DNA from: Heteronotia binoei
Taxonomy: Eukaryota
NCBI RefSeq assembly: GCF_032191835.1
Contig: NC_083234.1
Span: 51,212,001 to 51,276,000, forward strand
Length of the DNA stretch: 64,000 nt
Direction of reading: 5' to 3'
Part shown: positions 50,501 through 61,600 of the stretch, in pieces
How the letters are laid out: every line of letters begins with the position of its first letter
How positions within the stretch are numbered: the first letter of the stretch is position 1
Notes under the pieces: generated by a model
Databases searched by the model: none
Told to the model about the DNA's origin: nothing
What the model saw: only the letters and a program-made list of their open reading frames with translations
Made by a program: the position numbers and the translations under genes

Positions 50501-53500
50501 CTGCTAGGAATTGGCTTGCTCCAAGAATCTCTGGCCAAGCACAACCTGTCCCCTTCCCCACTTGATCTGCCCACACATCAAGATCTAAACAGGTTGATCT
50601 TGCATTTATTTTCAGCACCTGGGCCAAAGAAGGTTGCCTGTGCCTGGAATAAGGTGTAATGACCTCCAGAGTGGCAGATGCAGAGTGGGAGGGGCTGCTT
50701 TAAACTGGCAGTAAATGCAAACAGAGAGAGAGATGTCCCCTAAGCAGCACCCAAGATGCCAGAGCTTCCAGAGGGAAAATGCCAGTGCCCGATACTTGAC
50801 TGCTCTGGCTGTAGGCCACATGGTTCTCTTCCTTCATCTCTCAAGCCCCACTACTGCCCTTCAGTTCTTGTGGACTGACTAGTTTTGAAAGAGAGGATAG
50901 TAAACATCTTGCCACTAGCCACAGGACATACTTTTTGCACTTTTCCTGCTTAGAGGTGTTTGCTAAGAAACCACCAAGTTCTTTAATCCTCCCCCCCCCC
51001 CCACCTCATGTCTATGAAATAGACAAAAATCATTGGCTGCAGCTGAACAGTAGGTAGTAACATGCCCTATGCAGCTAAGGACTTGGAAGAAATGCCCCAT
51101 TCAGTATAATGAGCAAATCAGTTTTTCAGCACAGAATTTTTAAATGCAGAATGATGTCTTCAAAGTAGCTGAAACAGGTTAGCTGTCGATGCTGAAATGC
51201 AGGTTGAGAGAATAAACAGTTTTGCTTTGAGTGGGTAATGTTCCAGCTTCCCTGCAAGTTACTACACATTATAGCTTCCTCTCACCAGAACTGTGTGTTT
51301 TCATAGAATCATAGAGTTGGAAGGTACCTCCAGGGTCATCTAGTCCAACCCCCTGCACAATGCAGGAAACTCACAAACACCTCCCCCTAAATTCACAGGA
51401 TCTTCATTGCTGTCAGATGGCCATCTAGCCTCTGTTTAAAAACCTCCAAGGAAGGAGAGCCCACCACCTCCCGAGAAAGCCTGTTCCACTGAGGAATCAC
51501 TCTAACAGTCAGGAAGTTCTTCCTAATGTTGAGCCAGAAATTCTTTTGATTTAATTTCAACCCATTGGTTCTGGTTCTGGTCCTGCCTTTCAGGATCACA
51601 GAAAACAATTCCACACCATCCTCTATATGACAGCCCTTCAAGTACTTGAAGATGGTGATCATATCACCTCTCAGCCACCTCATCTCCAGGCTAAACATCC
51701 CCAGCTCCTTCAACCTTTCCTCATAGGACTCGGTCTCCAGACCCCTCACCATCTTCGTCGCCCTCCTCTGGACCCGTTCCAGCTTGTCTATATCCTTCTT
51801 AAAATGTGGTGCCCAAAACTGAACATAATACTCCAGATGAGGTCTTACCAGAGCAGAGTAAAGCGATACCATCACATCATGTGATCAGGACACTATACTT
51901 CTGTTGATACAGCCCCAAATTGCATTTGCCTTTTTAGCCACCGCATCATACTGTTGACTCATGTTCAGCGTATGATCCACTAAGACTCCTAGATCCTTTT
52001 CGCACATACTACTGCTAAGACAAGTCTCCCCCATTCTATAACCATGCATTGGATTTTTCCTACTTAAATGCAGAACTTTACATTTATCCCTGTTAAAATT
52101 CATTTTATTGGTTTTAGCCCAGTTTTTCAGCCTGTCAAGGTCATCCTGTATCCTATTTCTGTCTTCTGTGTTTGCAAGCCCTCCCAATTTAGTATCATCT
52201 GCAAATTTAATAAGCATTCCCTCTATTCCTTCATCCAGATCATTGATAAAGATGCTGAACAAAACAGGTCCCAGGACAGATCCCTGAAGCACTCTACTTG
52301 TCACTCCTCTCCAAGAGGATGAGGAACCATTCACAAGCACTCTTTGGGTGCGATCTGTCAACCAGTTACAGATCCACCTAACGGTAACAGAATCCAAACC
52401 ACATTTTACCAACTTGTCAACAAGGATAGTATGGGGAACCTTATCAAAAGCCTTAATGAAATCAAGATAAACGATGTCTACAGCATTCCCCTGATCCAGC
52501 AAGGTAGTCACTTTCTCAAAAAGAGAGATCAGGTTAGTCTGACATGACTTGTTCTTGAGAAAACCATGCTGGCTCTTAGTAATCACATCCATTCTTTCTA
52601 AATGTTCCAGGATCAACTGTTTGATGATTTGTTCTAAAACTTTTCCAGGTATAGACATCAAGCTGACAAGTCGGTAGTTACCCGGATCCTTTTTTCCCCT
52701 TCTTGAAGATGGGGACAACATTTGCCCGCCTCCAATCTTCCGGCACCTCTCCTGTTCTCCAAGAATTTTCAAAAACAATAGCCAGAGGCTCAAAAATTAC
52801 ATCTGCAAGCTCTTTTAGAACCCTTGGATGCAATTCATCTGGCCCCGAGGACTTAGTTTCATTTAAAGAAACTAGGTGTTTATGTACTACACCCCTATGC
52901 TGATCCTAGGTTGGAACGTCATACCCTCCTTATATGTTCTGTTTTTGCCATGTTGAGCACCGTTCCCCTCAGAAGAGAAGACTGAGGAAAAGTAGGAATT
53001 GAGCAGTTCCGCCCTCTTTTCATTACCTGTTACAATTTAACTTTCTTGCCCTCGCAATGGGCCCACCGTGTCCTTGCTCTTTTTCTTATTCTGAACATAA
53101 GAAAAGAACCCTTTTTTGTTGTTTTTAGCATCTTAGGCCAGCCTAAGCTCATAATGAGCTTTAGTTTTCCTAACTTTCTCTACAAGCACTGGTGATTTGT
53201 TTATATTCATCCTTGGTTATAAGGCCCTCCTTCCAATTCCTAAAGGAGTCTTTTTTATTCCTCAAGTCTTTAGAGAGCTGTTTATGGAGCCACTTCAGCT
53301 TCTTTAGGCTTTTTCCTTTTTTTGTTCTCATTGAAATCGTCTGTGATTTTGCTTTCAGTATTTCGCTTTTGAGAAACTCCCACCCCTCCTGAACCCCCTT
53401 CCTCCTAAGTATTTCTGACCATGGGATTTTACCCAGCATAGTTCTAAGTTTATCAAAGTTTGCATTTCTGAAATTCAACCTATAAGTCTGACTATGTATA

Positions 53501-56500
53501 GCTTTTTCCTTCCCCTAAGACTGTAAATTCCAAAATCACATGGTCTCTACCGCCCAGGGTGCCCACTATTTCCACTTCTTCAATCAATTCTTCCTTGTTG
53601 GTGAGAATCAAATCCAAGATAGCAGATCCCCTTGTTTCCTTCTTCACTTTCTAGAAAAGGAAGTTGTCAGCAAGACAAGTCAGGAATCTATTTGACTTTT
53701 CATTTTTAGCAGAGTTGGACTTCCAACAGATGTCTGGGTAATTGAAATCTCCCATGATCACTGTATCCCTTCTCTTGGAGAACTTTGCAATCTGCTGTAG
53801 AAGTATCTCATCCAAGTCCTCTGCCAGACTTGGTGATCTATAGCAGACCCCCACAATAATATCACTGTTGTTTCTAACTCCTTTTATTTTTACCCAGAGA
53901 CTCTCAACTGAGCTGCCATGCTCTGATTCACATATTTCCTCACAAGTATATAACTCCTTCTTTCCACCGCAGAGATCAATACAGGGCCACTCCCTTGCCA
54001 AGCCTGCCTCACTGTCACCAGCCAGGTGAAGCTATCCATCAAGGCAAACAGTACCCAGATTGAAATAGAGGCAGCCTTCCTTAGCACATGCAGCAGCATC
54101 TATCCAGAATGGCAAGAAGAGGTAAGTGGCCAAAGAAGGGAGAGAGCAACCACTAGCCCAGGATCCTCTGCCCACCAAAGCCTGACAATTAACAGGAGAT
54201 GAAGCTGTTTCTGCTCAAGCAGTGTTTGAATTCAGCATGGAGAGACATAGTGGAATTTTAAGTGGGACAAGAGAAACTCCAGACAATGGTATGGGGGGAG
54301 AACCACACAACTGCTTTCCATGTTTTCAAGGTATTGCCATGCTGTGAAGATGCTATTGCTCCTACTCACAGCTCTAGCTGGCAGGTGCTTATTCATGAGA
54401 AGGCCTTGGCCTCTAGGCTCCATTTGTTGGCTCTCAAGGGGAACAAGTTAGTCACAGTATGAGAAAAGATGTTGATAGTCTGACCCACCAAGGCTGTTGT
54501 TCCTAGATAAGGCACAGCGAGGAGAGGAGGATCAGGTAGTTCTTGCCCAGTCAAGTGCCAGAGAGATCAAATATAACGGCCCACAAGTTGCCTAAAATCA
54601 ACATACAGACTGCTCAACATTACAAGATAATGTATTTTTCTTTTTAAGGGGAGCCAAGGTTCTGGGAAAAGAAATGGATATAGGGTTGGAGGCAGTCAGC
54701 TTTTCCTCTCAATTTCATCCAGTTCCTCTCCATACAACATACCCTCTCCCCCAAGGCTTTTGTACATGCAGTCCCATGATTCACAGTGTAGCATGGGTGG
54801 TCCAAGACCACTTCCTCCTGTTTTTGCTAGCAGAAAAGACTGTTGAATCCAACCTTTATACTAAAACCACTCCCTTACTCTTTTGCAGTGCAAAAGTTTT
54901 GTCCACCAGGACCAGTCGAAGTTGGCCATCCTGCTTGCAAAACCATGGAGCTCCAAGAGAACATGCCAGGTATGCTAGGCCTGTCCACAACAGATGACAT
55001 CATTCCAGTGCCTCTGCTTAACTGTAAATTCAGCTCTGATACTAGTGAAGATCACAACACAGAGTCTGCAAAGCATCCATAGTTTTCTTAAGTGTATTTA
55101 AGTAGCAACAAGGAGTTCAGTGGGCAGGTGCAGGCACACAGTGTGAAATTTCTCTTAATAAAACCAGCTCTGTAGAGCTTGGCTGGTTCTGGTTTTGGTT
55201 CTGGTTCTGAGAACCGATCTGGTTCTCAGCAGCCTCTGTATTGTCAAACCACATTCAGTTCCACTCTCTGCTCAATTTGCGGCATTTTTTCACTGACTTT
55301 CTCTATTAAGTATCAAAGGAAATGGACAAGCCAAGTCAGGAAAAGGTCAGTTACAAAAGCCCCCAATTTGTGAAGCAATCCAGGAGAATAAGACTAAGCC
55401 AGGGGTGGCCAAACTGCGGCTTGGGAGCCACATGTGGCTCTTTCACATATATTGTGTGACTCTTGAAGCCCCAACCACCCTGTCAGTCAGCATGGAGAAG
55501 GCATTTCTCTCTTTAAATCACTGCTCCAAACCAAGCCAACTGACGACGTGGAGAGTGCATTTAAAGTTGCTTTCTCCATCCCCATCTAGTTGCCTTCCTG
55601 TCTTCCAGCTCTTAAACATCTGGCATTCATGTCGTGTGGCTCTCGAACATCTGACATTTATTCTATGTGGCTCTTACATTAAACAAGTTTGGCCACTCCT
55701 GGACTAAGCAATGCAAAAGAGTAAAGCTCTGAATAAATGCTACTAGAACTCCTGCATTATGATCATGTAGATCTCAGCCCCTGGGGATCATCAGCAACCA
55801 GCAGAAAGGAGAAACATTTCACGCTATTAACCACAAAAGTCACCTCATAGGGCATGGATACCCCAGAGTGGCATGATTTGGCTTAGGAAGGCAGTTCCAG
55901 TGTACAAGGCAAAAGGACTATTATTTCCACAAAGGCATAGGATCCCACTGACTTCTCTTCCTCCTCTTCGTTCTTTCTTTGCTAACAGGAACTGGGTGCC
56001 TGTGTGGCTGAGGAGGGAGAGTTTCCAGGAGACAAAGCATGTGCCCAGGGTCCTACTTACTGGTGCTCCAACTTGAGTGCTGCTGAGGAATGTAAGGTAA
56101 GAACTGCATCTGTTTTGTGGGCAAGCAATGTCTTAAGACAGCTGTGGCAAAGGCAAAACCACCACTGGCTGCCAAGATCATGAGGCACATGGCAGTTAAA
56201 CTCATAACCTGATCCTAGAAGGGCAGGTCCAGCTCAGGTTCTGTGGACACCATGCCTCTCACCTCTCTTCCTCCTAAGGCAGGGGTGGCCAAACTACAGC
56301 TTGGAAGCCACATGTGGCTCTTTCACACATATTGTGTGGCTCTTGACACCCCCACCACTCTGTCGGCTAGCTGGGAGAAGGCATTTCTCTCCAAGCCAAG
56401 CCAGCTGGTGACTTGGAAAATGCATTTAAAGTTGCTTTCTTTCTACCTCTACTTCTCCTATCTGTCTGCCTGCTTGCCTTCCTTCCAGCTCTCAAACATC

Positions 56501-57020
56501 TGATTACAATAAAATATTCTCAGTCTAGAAGTGCTACTAAAGAGACTGGGAAGACTAGAGCTGGCATGCCATCCCAGTTAAAATTGTCAGGCTACTCTGA
56601 GACAAATGGGTTTGAATCTCTGCTATACTGTGGAAACTCACTGCGTGACCCTGGGTCCATTGCAATCTTTCAGCATAGCCTACCTTACAAAGTGTTGTTG
56701 TGAGAATAAAGAAGAGGAGAGAGAATGATGCAGTAAACCACCTTTGGTCTCAATCAGGTAGCAAAGTGAAATTTAAAAACAGAGCTGGGCCTCTAGGCTA
56801 GGGCACATGGAGCCAAATGAGTGAATTTCAGCAGGCTTTACTACTGACCTACACCTTTGAATGGCCACATTGCAAAAATCAAGCTAGAAGTGGACAAGTA
56901 TTAGAAGTACCTCCACAGATTGTAGCCCCCATCACCCTTTGAGCTGGATGCAATTTCTCCCGCTTTCTCATTATTCTCTCCTAGGCTGTGCAACACTGCC
57001 AGGCTCACGTATGGCTGTAG
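38545..57020 (+). CDS. SFTPB: Pulmonary surfactant protein B precursor, 389 aa (SapA-SapB-SapB-SapB-SapA)
   Basis: Exons 38545-38587, 43734-43867, 45387-45455, 47461-47586, 47953-48102, 48536-48625, 49880-50063, 53973-54121, 54889-54969, 55989-56096, 56985-57020 (1170 nt, in frame). Signal peptide [15 protein letters not shown]. Mature SP-B region [79 protein letters not shown] aligns without gaps to human FPIPLPYCWLCR... Convergent with USP39 as in human. Exon 1 is assigned from TATA, signal peptide and phase, so it is slightly less certain. Confidence 0.93.
38706..38917. mobile_element. hAT-like MITE (TAGGGTTGCCA TIR family)
   Basis: taggggtgccag...ctggcaacccta termini; internal sequence shared with 40104-40362, 41483-41681 and 49565-49763. 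Confidence 0.75.
40104..40362. mobile_element. hAT-like MITE (TAGGGTTGCCA TIR family)
   Basis: agggttgccaacctccaggtgg...ctggcaacca termini. Confidence 0.75.
41022..41075 (-). mobile_element. CR1 3' tail fragment
   Basis: cacagaatcattgagttggaagggatccccagggtcatctagtcc matches the CR1 end at 51302. Confidence 0.7.
41225..41450 (-). mobile_element. Older Squam3/MIR-like SINE
   Basis: ccctgtg...gtcaggctgagagagactgact...gatttgaacc...cctaaccactgc on +, the reverse of a SINE head and core. Confidence 0.6.
41483..41681. mobile_element. hAT-like MITE (TAGGGTTGCCA TIR family)
   Basis: TIRs tagggttacca...tggcaaaccta; 8-bp TSD gtatccca/gtatccta supports the hAT superfamily. Confidence 0.8.
42241..42525 (+). 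mobile_element. Squam3-type SINE
   Basis: Same family as 5259-5533 in the opposite orientation; ends ataaatccaatatc-(TTC/ATC)n. Confidence 0.85.
42700..43105 (+). mobile_element. Decayed L2 fragment
   Basis: Recognisable degenerate L2 ORF2 nucleotide blocks (ccttagtaacctccaga, cataaaggcctaaatagtttgggg) with many stops. Confidence 0.5.
44075..44376 (+). mobile_element. Sauria SINE (Squam1)
   Basis: gttgactcagccttccatccttctgaggtcagtaaaatgagtacccagc core, BovB-like gaaggcaatggcaaaccacc block, (accttt)n tail. Confidence 0.85.
45860..46050 (-). mobile_element. 5S rRNA-derived SINE
   Basis: ggtctcccatccaaatacttgccagattcagccctgcctagcttcc is the reverse complement of the 5S internal control region. 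Confidence 0.6.
48925..49030. mobile_element. Penelope-like element end fragment
   Basis: Same motif as 32628-32740, ending gcttcttcagat. Confidence 0.55.
49245..49460 (+). mobile_element. Squam2 tRNA-derived SINE
   Basis: A box gggctcagtgg and B box ggttcaatcc, then gagagccactgccagtc...gtagacaatactga...gatggacc...aggcagcttcatatgttc. Confidence 0.85.
49565..49763. mobile_element. hAT-like MITE (TAGGGTTGCCA TIR family)
   Basis: tagagttgccaac...ctggcaacccta termini; flanks agatccag/gggtccag are a partial TSD. Confidence 0.75.
50120..50285 (+). mobile_element. L2 3' UTR fragment
   Basis: gttagccgccctgagcctgcttcggcggggagggcgggatacaaataaaa is near-identical to the end of 2435-2975. Confidence 0.8.
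51302..53959 (-). mobile_element. CR1 LINE, 5'-truncated ORF2 (endonuclease C-half plus RT), disrupted
   Basis: ORF pieces on -: [10 protein letters not shown]...GVCYRSP...[11 protein letters not shown] (APE endonuclease), [52 protein letters not shown] (RT), [12 protein letters not shown]. 3' (ATTCTATG)n-type end at 51302. Several stops and frameshifts. Confidence 0.96.
55400..55701. mobile_element. hAT-Charlie-like MITE
   Basis: TIRs caggggtggccaaac...gtttggccactcctg with a perfect 8-bp TSD gactaagc (55392-55399, 55702-55709). Confidence 0.88.
56280..56502. mobile_element. hAT-Charlie-like MITE, truncated
   Basis: Left TIR caggggtggccaaac and an interior matching 55400-55701; right end missing. 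Confidence 0.75.
56605..56770 (+). mobile_element. Older Squam3/MIR-like SINE
   Basis: gggtttgaatc head, cagcatagcctaccttacaaagtgttgttgtgag core. Confidence 0.55.
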
Positions 57021-57149
57021 CCAGATAAGAAACCAGACATCATCGGGTGCTGTGACAAGTTCCTGCCATCTGACCTAGTCATTTGGATTCTTCCTGCTTA
57101 TTGATCACTGATGGGAGGCAGGATGTAAGAGGACTGTATACTCTTGAAT

Positions 57150-57155
57150 ATTAAA
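57150..57155 (+). terminator. SFTPB candidate polyadenylation signal
   Basis: ATTAAA 130 nt after the stop codon. Confidence 0.4.
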
Positions 57156-58267
57156 ACTCATTTCAACACAGTACTGCACTGACTTTCATCCTTGAACTAT
57201 AAATGAGAACTGCATACTATGAAGTAACTCCTTCTTTCTTCATGCTCACAGATTATGGCATGAGGGATATTGAGCAGGCTGGATTATTAGACTGCTCACA
57301 ATGGAAGGAAAGGAATGGCAGAAAGTTCTAGGGAAGATGTAGGGAAAAAGCAAGGGCTATACGATGGAGCTGGATCCCATTTAAATTCCCTGCATGCAAG
57401 TGTAACTTCCCCATGTGTCCCCCCTTTTACTGTTGCATGAAATATCCCTGAAGTGCAAAGAATCCCACCCCCCAGAAGCAGCATAAAGAGGGAGGATGTC
57501 ACAGCAGTGAGACCAGCAGCAAAAATCACCTCTCTCCTTACACATGAGGACACTTTCCATGAGACTGAACCCAATATCATCCTGCATCTGAACATGGTAA
57601 AGCTTCTTTTTTAAGGTAACTCCTTGCCTGAAAAGGTTTGGACAGCTGCCCTCTCAATATTGGCATAACTTCAAAGCATGGTGAGATCCATTCTACCACT
57701 ATTCCAAAAGGTGGAGGGAATCCTTGAAGGGCTCATTGTACAAACAAGAATGACATGGCTAGGCTTGGAGAACAAATATGTAATTCAGTGAGCCTAAGAA
57801 TTCCTGCTCTCCATTAGGAACAGTCTAGCTTTGATTTCCCACACTGTATGGGGAGCTGGATTAGATGGCCTATTAGGCTCTTTTTGCTGGAATGCCAGGC
57901 TATGCCTGAACACCAGCACAAAAGGGCTGGGTATCCACTAGTTAGAACAATAAATGCATGCCTTCTTCCATTAGGGGCAGCTTGAGGAAAAGGGAAGAGA
58001 AACACAGTTTTCATGGCTGTCATTGTCTAGCTGACCGCCTCTGTTGTAGCAGCTCACAAGTGAACATTATCTAGTCTTAGAATGCTAAATAGTTGTGGTT
58101 AGCATTACCACTCATGATAGTTCATAAGCTAGAGTTTGTAGCTTAACACTCATCGACTTAAAGCAGAAATAGCTAAATTAAATGGAACTCTCTAGTCTAC
58201 AACATTCCTATGCAATTTCTAGAAAAATCAATTGTTTAAAGAAGGACAATGTTAAAAATAATGTACA

Positions 58268-58273
58268 TTTAAT
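58268..58273 (-). terminator. USP39 candidate polyadenylation signal
   Basis: TTTAAT (ATTAAA on -) about 385 nt after the stop codon. Confidence 0.4.
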
Positions 58274-58656
58274 GCACAGACACAAAAATAACCAGCACAG
58301 CACATACTGAAAGGTCCTTGTTAGTCAGGCAGCATCCAGGGTAGAGTCTTCCCCAGGTGGGCCAACAAGATGGTGAAATGTGTGGAGTAAGCTATGTCCA
58401 AAGGCTGTGACCTCTTTGTTCTTGCCCCATGCTCCAACTCTACAGAGGCAGCAAGGAGCCAAGAGGTGGGCTGAGGAAGGAACACAACCAGCAACTAGAG
58501 GCTTGTAAAAGAAATAGGACCACCCTGCCCAGTTGCTGGCACTAACAGCAACTTAACTGAACGAGCCAAGTTTGGACTTCTCAATTTCAGCAGGGGGAAC
58601 TGGTAAGTCGGGCACTCTGCCCTCTTCATCTTCCAGTGGCTCTGCCTCTTGCCGTT

Positions 58657-61600
58657 TCAAGCTCCTTGCTGGTTGGTCTCCTCTTCATTATCTCTTCTCT
58701 TCCAGATCTACAGAAATAAACCAAACCTTATTCTAGTTTGGTGGCATATTCTGAAGCCACAGTGGCTCTCTTTGACTGTATGCAAAACTGCACCAGCAGA
58801 GCAATTCTAAAAACACTTTCCTGAAGTAATCCCCAATGAATAGATCTGACTAGGAATCTCAAACCTGTTTGGGAGATTTATAGTGTAATCCTAATCAAAA
58901 TGGCATGACATGCAGATTAAATTCAGACTATTTGATTAGTTTGTACACTGCATCCCAACAGCATTTTTAAAGGGCTGATCAGAATTTGGATTGTGTAGGA
59001 AATATGGTGGGGAGCATACACACAGGGAAATTACATGTACATACTGAATTACCAGCTACCCTGGCCATCCTCTGAAACCCAAGGCCAAGGATCCCTGTCT
59101 CTCAACGCAAGGAGGTCAGCAGTTGATTTCAGTCAGTGCTTCAGGTAGGGGAACCACCTCTGCCTGCAGGCAGGTCCCAGCACTCACCTGAATGTAAGCC
59201 TCGGAGAGTGTGATCATCTGGGGGAGAATGTCTGTCACCTGCAAGTCTTGCAGCTCATACCATTTGCCCGTGCCCTGCCAAAGCCATAACACAAGGAATG
59301 AGGGTAAGATATGAGCCAGCAAGGTTATTTGTGTGCAAAGACGACATTATGGCACAAGTAGTCACTCTGTCAAGCATGGAATCTGGTCCTGACACAGCAG
59401 CACTACTTCATCACATAGGACAAGTTGAGGAAAGGCCTTTAAAAAGCAGCTGAGGGCCACACAATGGGCCTAGGAAACAAAAAGGAGGTGAACTGCTTTG
59501 AGAGGGCAGTGTGCTCACACACACAATGTGCTTATACTGCCTCTGGGAAAACAGCAACCGGAACTGCTTGAATCACCACTTCTGAATGCAGGACACAGTA
59601 AGAGCAAGCCTGAGCCAACTCACATGGTGCAACACATGGATCCTGTATGCCCCTTCAGCTGGCTTCCCATCATGCACTATGTTTGCGATGAGATCATAGG
59701 TTGTATTCTTATGCACAGCCTGTACTTCCTCAGAGAGGTATTCCCGGAGATCCACATTCCTGTAGCAGAAAAAGAAGGACTGTGTTTTACCTGCTCTGCA
59801 ACAATAACACATTGCAACTTCGGTTCCCATACACAGAATACCATAAATCTGCATCTTTGGTAAGTCTCCCTTCTGGTGAGTGCCCCTGCCATACACACAC
59901 ACACAGAAGATGATGATGATAATGGATTTATATCCCACCCTTCGCTCTGAATCTCAGAGTGGTCACAATCTCTTTTACCTTCCTCCCCCACAGTAAACAC
60001 CCTGTGAGGTAGGTGGGGCTGCGAGAACTCTCACAGAAGCTGCCCTTTCAAGGACAAACTCCTGCAAGAGCTATGGCTGACCCAAGGCCATTCCAGAAGC
60101 TGCAAGTGGAGGAGTGGGGAATCAAACCTGGTTCTCCCTGATAAGAGTCCACACACTTAACCACTGTTCTTGCGTTTTTGCAAGAAGTAGTGACAGCAGT
60201 GAGATGCTGCTAGCACCATCTTCAGAATCCCCATGTGCAGAATTTTAAACACTTTGAATACGACTCCTGATCAGTGCTCCCTCTAAGCTGATAGTGTGAG
60301 CTAGCTCACAGGTTCTTAGCCTCTAGATCACGCATTTTTGTCAGCTCAGAAAGGATGGCCCCAGAGCAGTTTCCGGGTTATGTCGCCTTGAGCTCAGTGG
60401 GGGTCCGCAGAGCTTGTCTCTAGCACCCCCCCTGAATCAGGCAGTTGGAGAGGTGCCACAGACGTGGCATCTCCAGGGAGACTCTGAAGGGGTTTCCTTT
60501 TGGCATGGGGCTTTGCAAGAAGCCAAGGGCATAGCGGCGGCTATTCCTGTCCTTGTATGCCCCGAAGCTCCGCCGCCATGATCGCCATTACGGCAATAAG
60601 AGGTGAACACCTGACCGCTTGCCCTTTTTTTTCTTAACAAGCTTCTGATGCATCGCTTTGCTACCTCAAGCATGGCAATTCTGCTCAGCAAGTAAGTTTG
60701 TTTTCAATACCACTGGCTAATGGGTCATTTTACATAACAACAAACGGGACAGTTCAAAGGAAGGGAAAGAGGTGGATTCCCCCCCCCTTTCCCGTGAATG
60801 CAGTTTCAAAAAGACGAAGAACAACTTTGAGCATTGGCAACAATTTGAATTAGACTGATTATAGATACTCAAATTGACCCGCATTATAATTGAATATGTG
60901 TTAATGAGACTATTATCTGGTTATAATATGGTCTGAACAAAAACGAGATATATTTTAGAGAGATTTGTCTTTGCCACCTGAGTACAACTGAAATGGCAAA
61001 TCAAAACACATGGCTGAAGGAGATTTGGAGAGGCAGACTAACTGGGTCTCTGAGTTACTTTTCAACTTGGACTAATAGACTGAGTTATTTGGTAGAGAAA
61101 AATGGCATTACTGAGCGAAATGTTTTATAAAAAAGATATAATGGTTACCATAACTTCTCTAAAGCAAGATCTTGGTTTATTATCAGAGTTGATAAAAAAG
61201 CAAATGGGAGCTTTTATGTTGAAAGCTAGCGAAATCTCAAATTTACATGAGCAGAGTGTTAAAGAGATCTCGGTGACGTCTGTGGAATTGGAAATGGAGA
61301 GTGATCCGCTGGGAAACGAACAGAAGAAAACCAAAATGGAACCTTATTGCGCAGTTAAAAAGAAGGACCAGAAATTGAGACTGATTGAAGTTTTTTCGAG
61401 AAGAACAAGTGGCGTGGGATCCTTACTATTTTTACTGAGAGGGATGACTGCACTAAGGAGAGAGAAGGTACATCTCAGCAAAAAAATCAAGATGTGGAAA
61501 ACTTTCAGGAAAAAGGGCCTTTGAACTGTTTCTCTCTCTGTGGGTAATTGGATATGGAATTCTCAACAAAAACTGACATGCGATTTTAAAAGGCCAAATG

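Noticed and set aside
53651-54001. ORF suggesting a CR1-SFTPB fusion protein
   Set aside because: Its first residues are SFTPB exon 8 read antisense, running into the truncated CR1 endonuclease; no promoter evidence.
55183-55229. GGTTCT tandem repeats with a small hairpin
   Set aside because: Low-complexity slippage repeat with no evidence of function.
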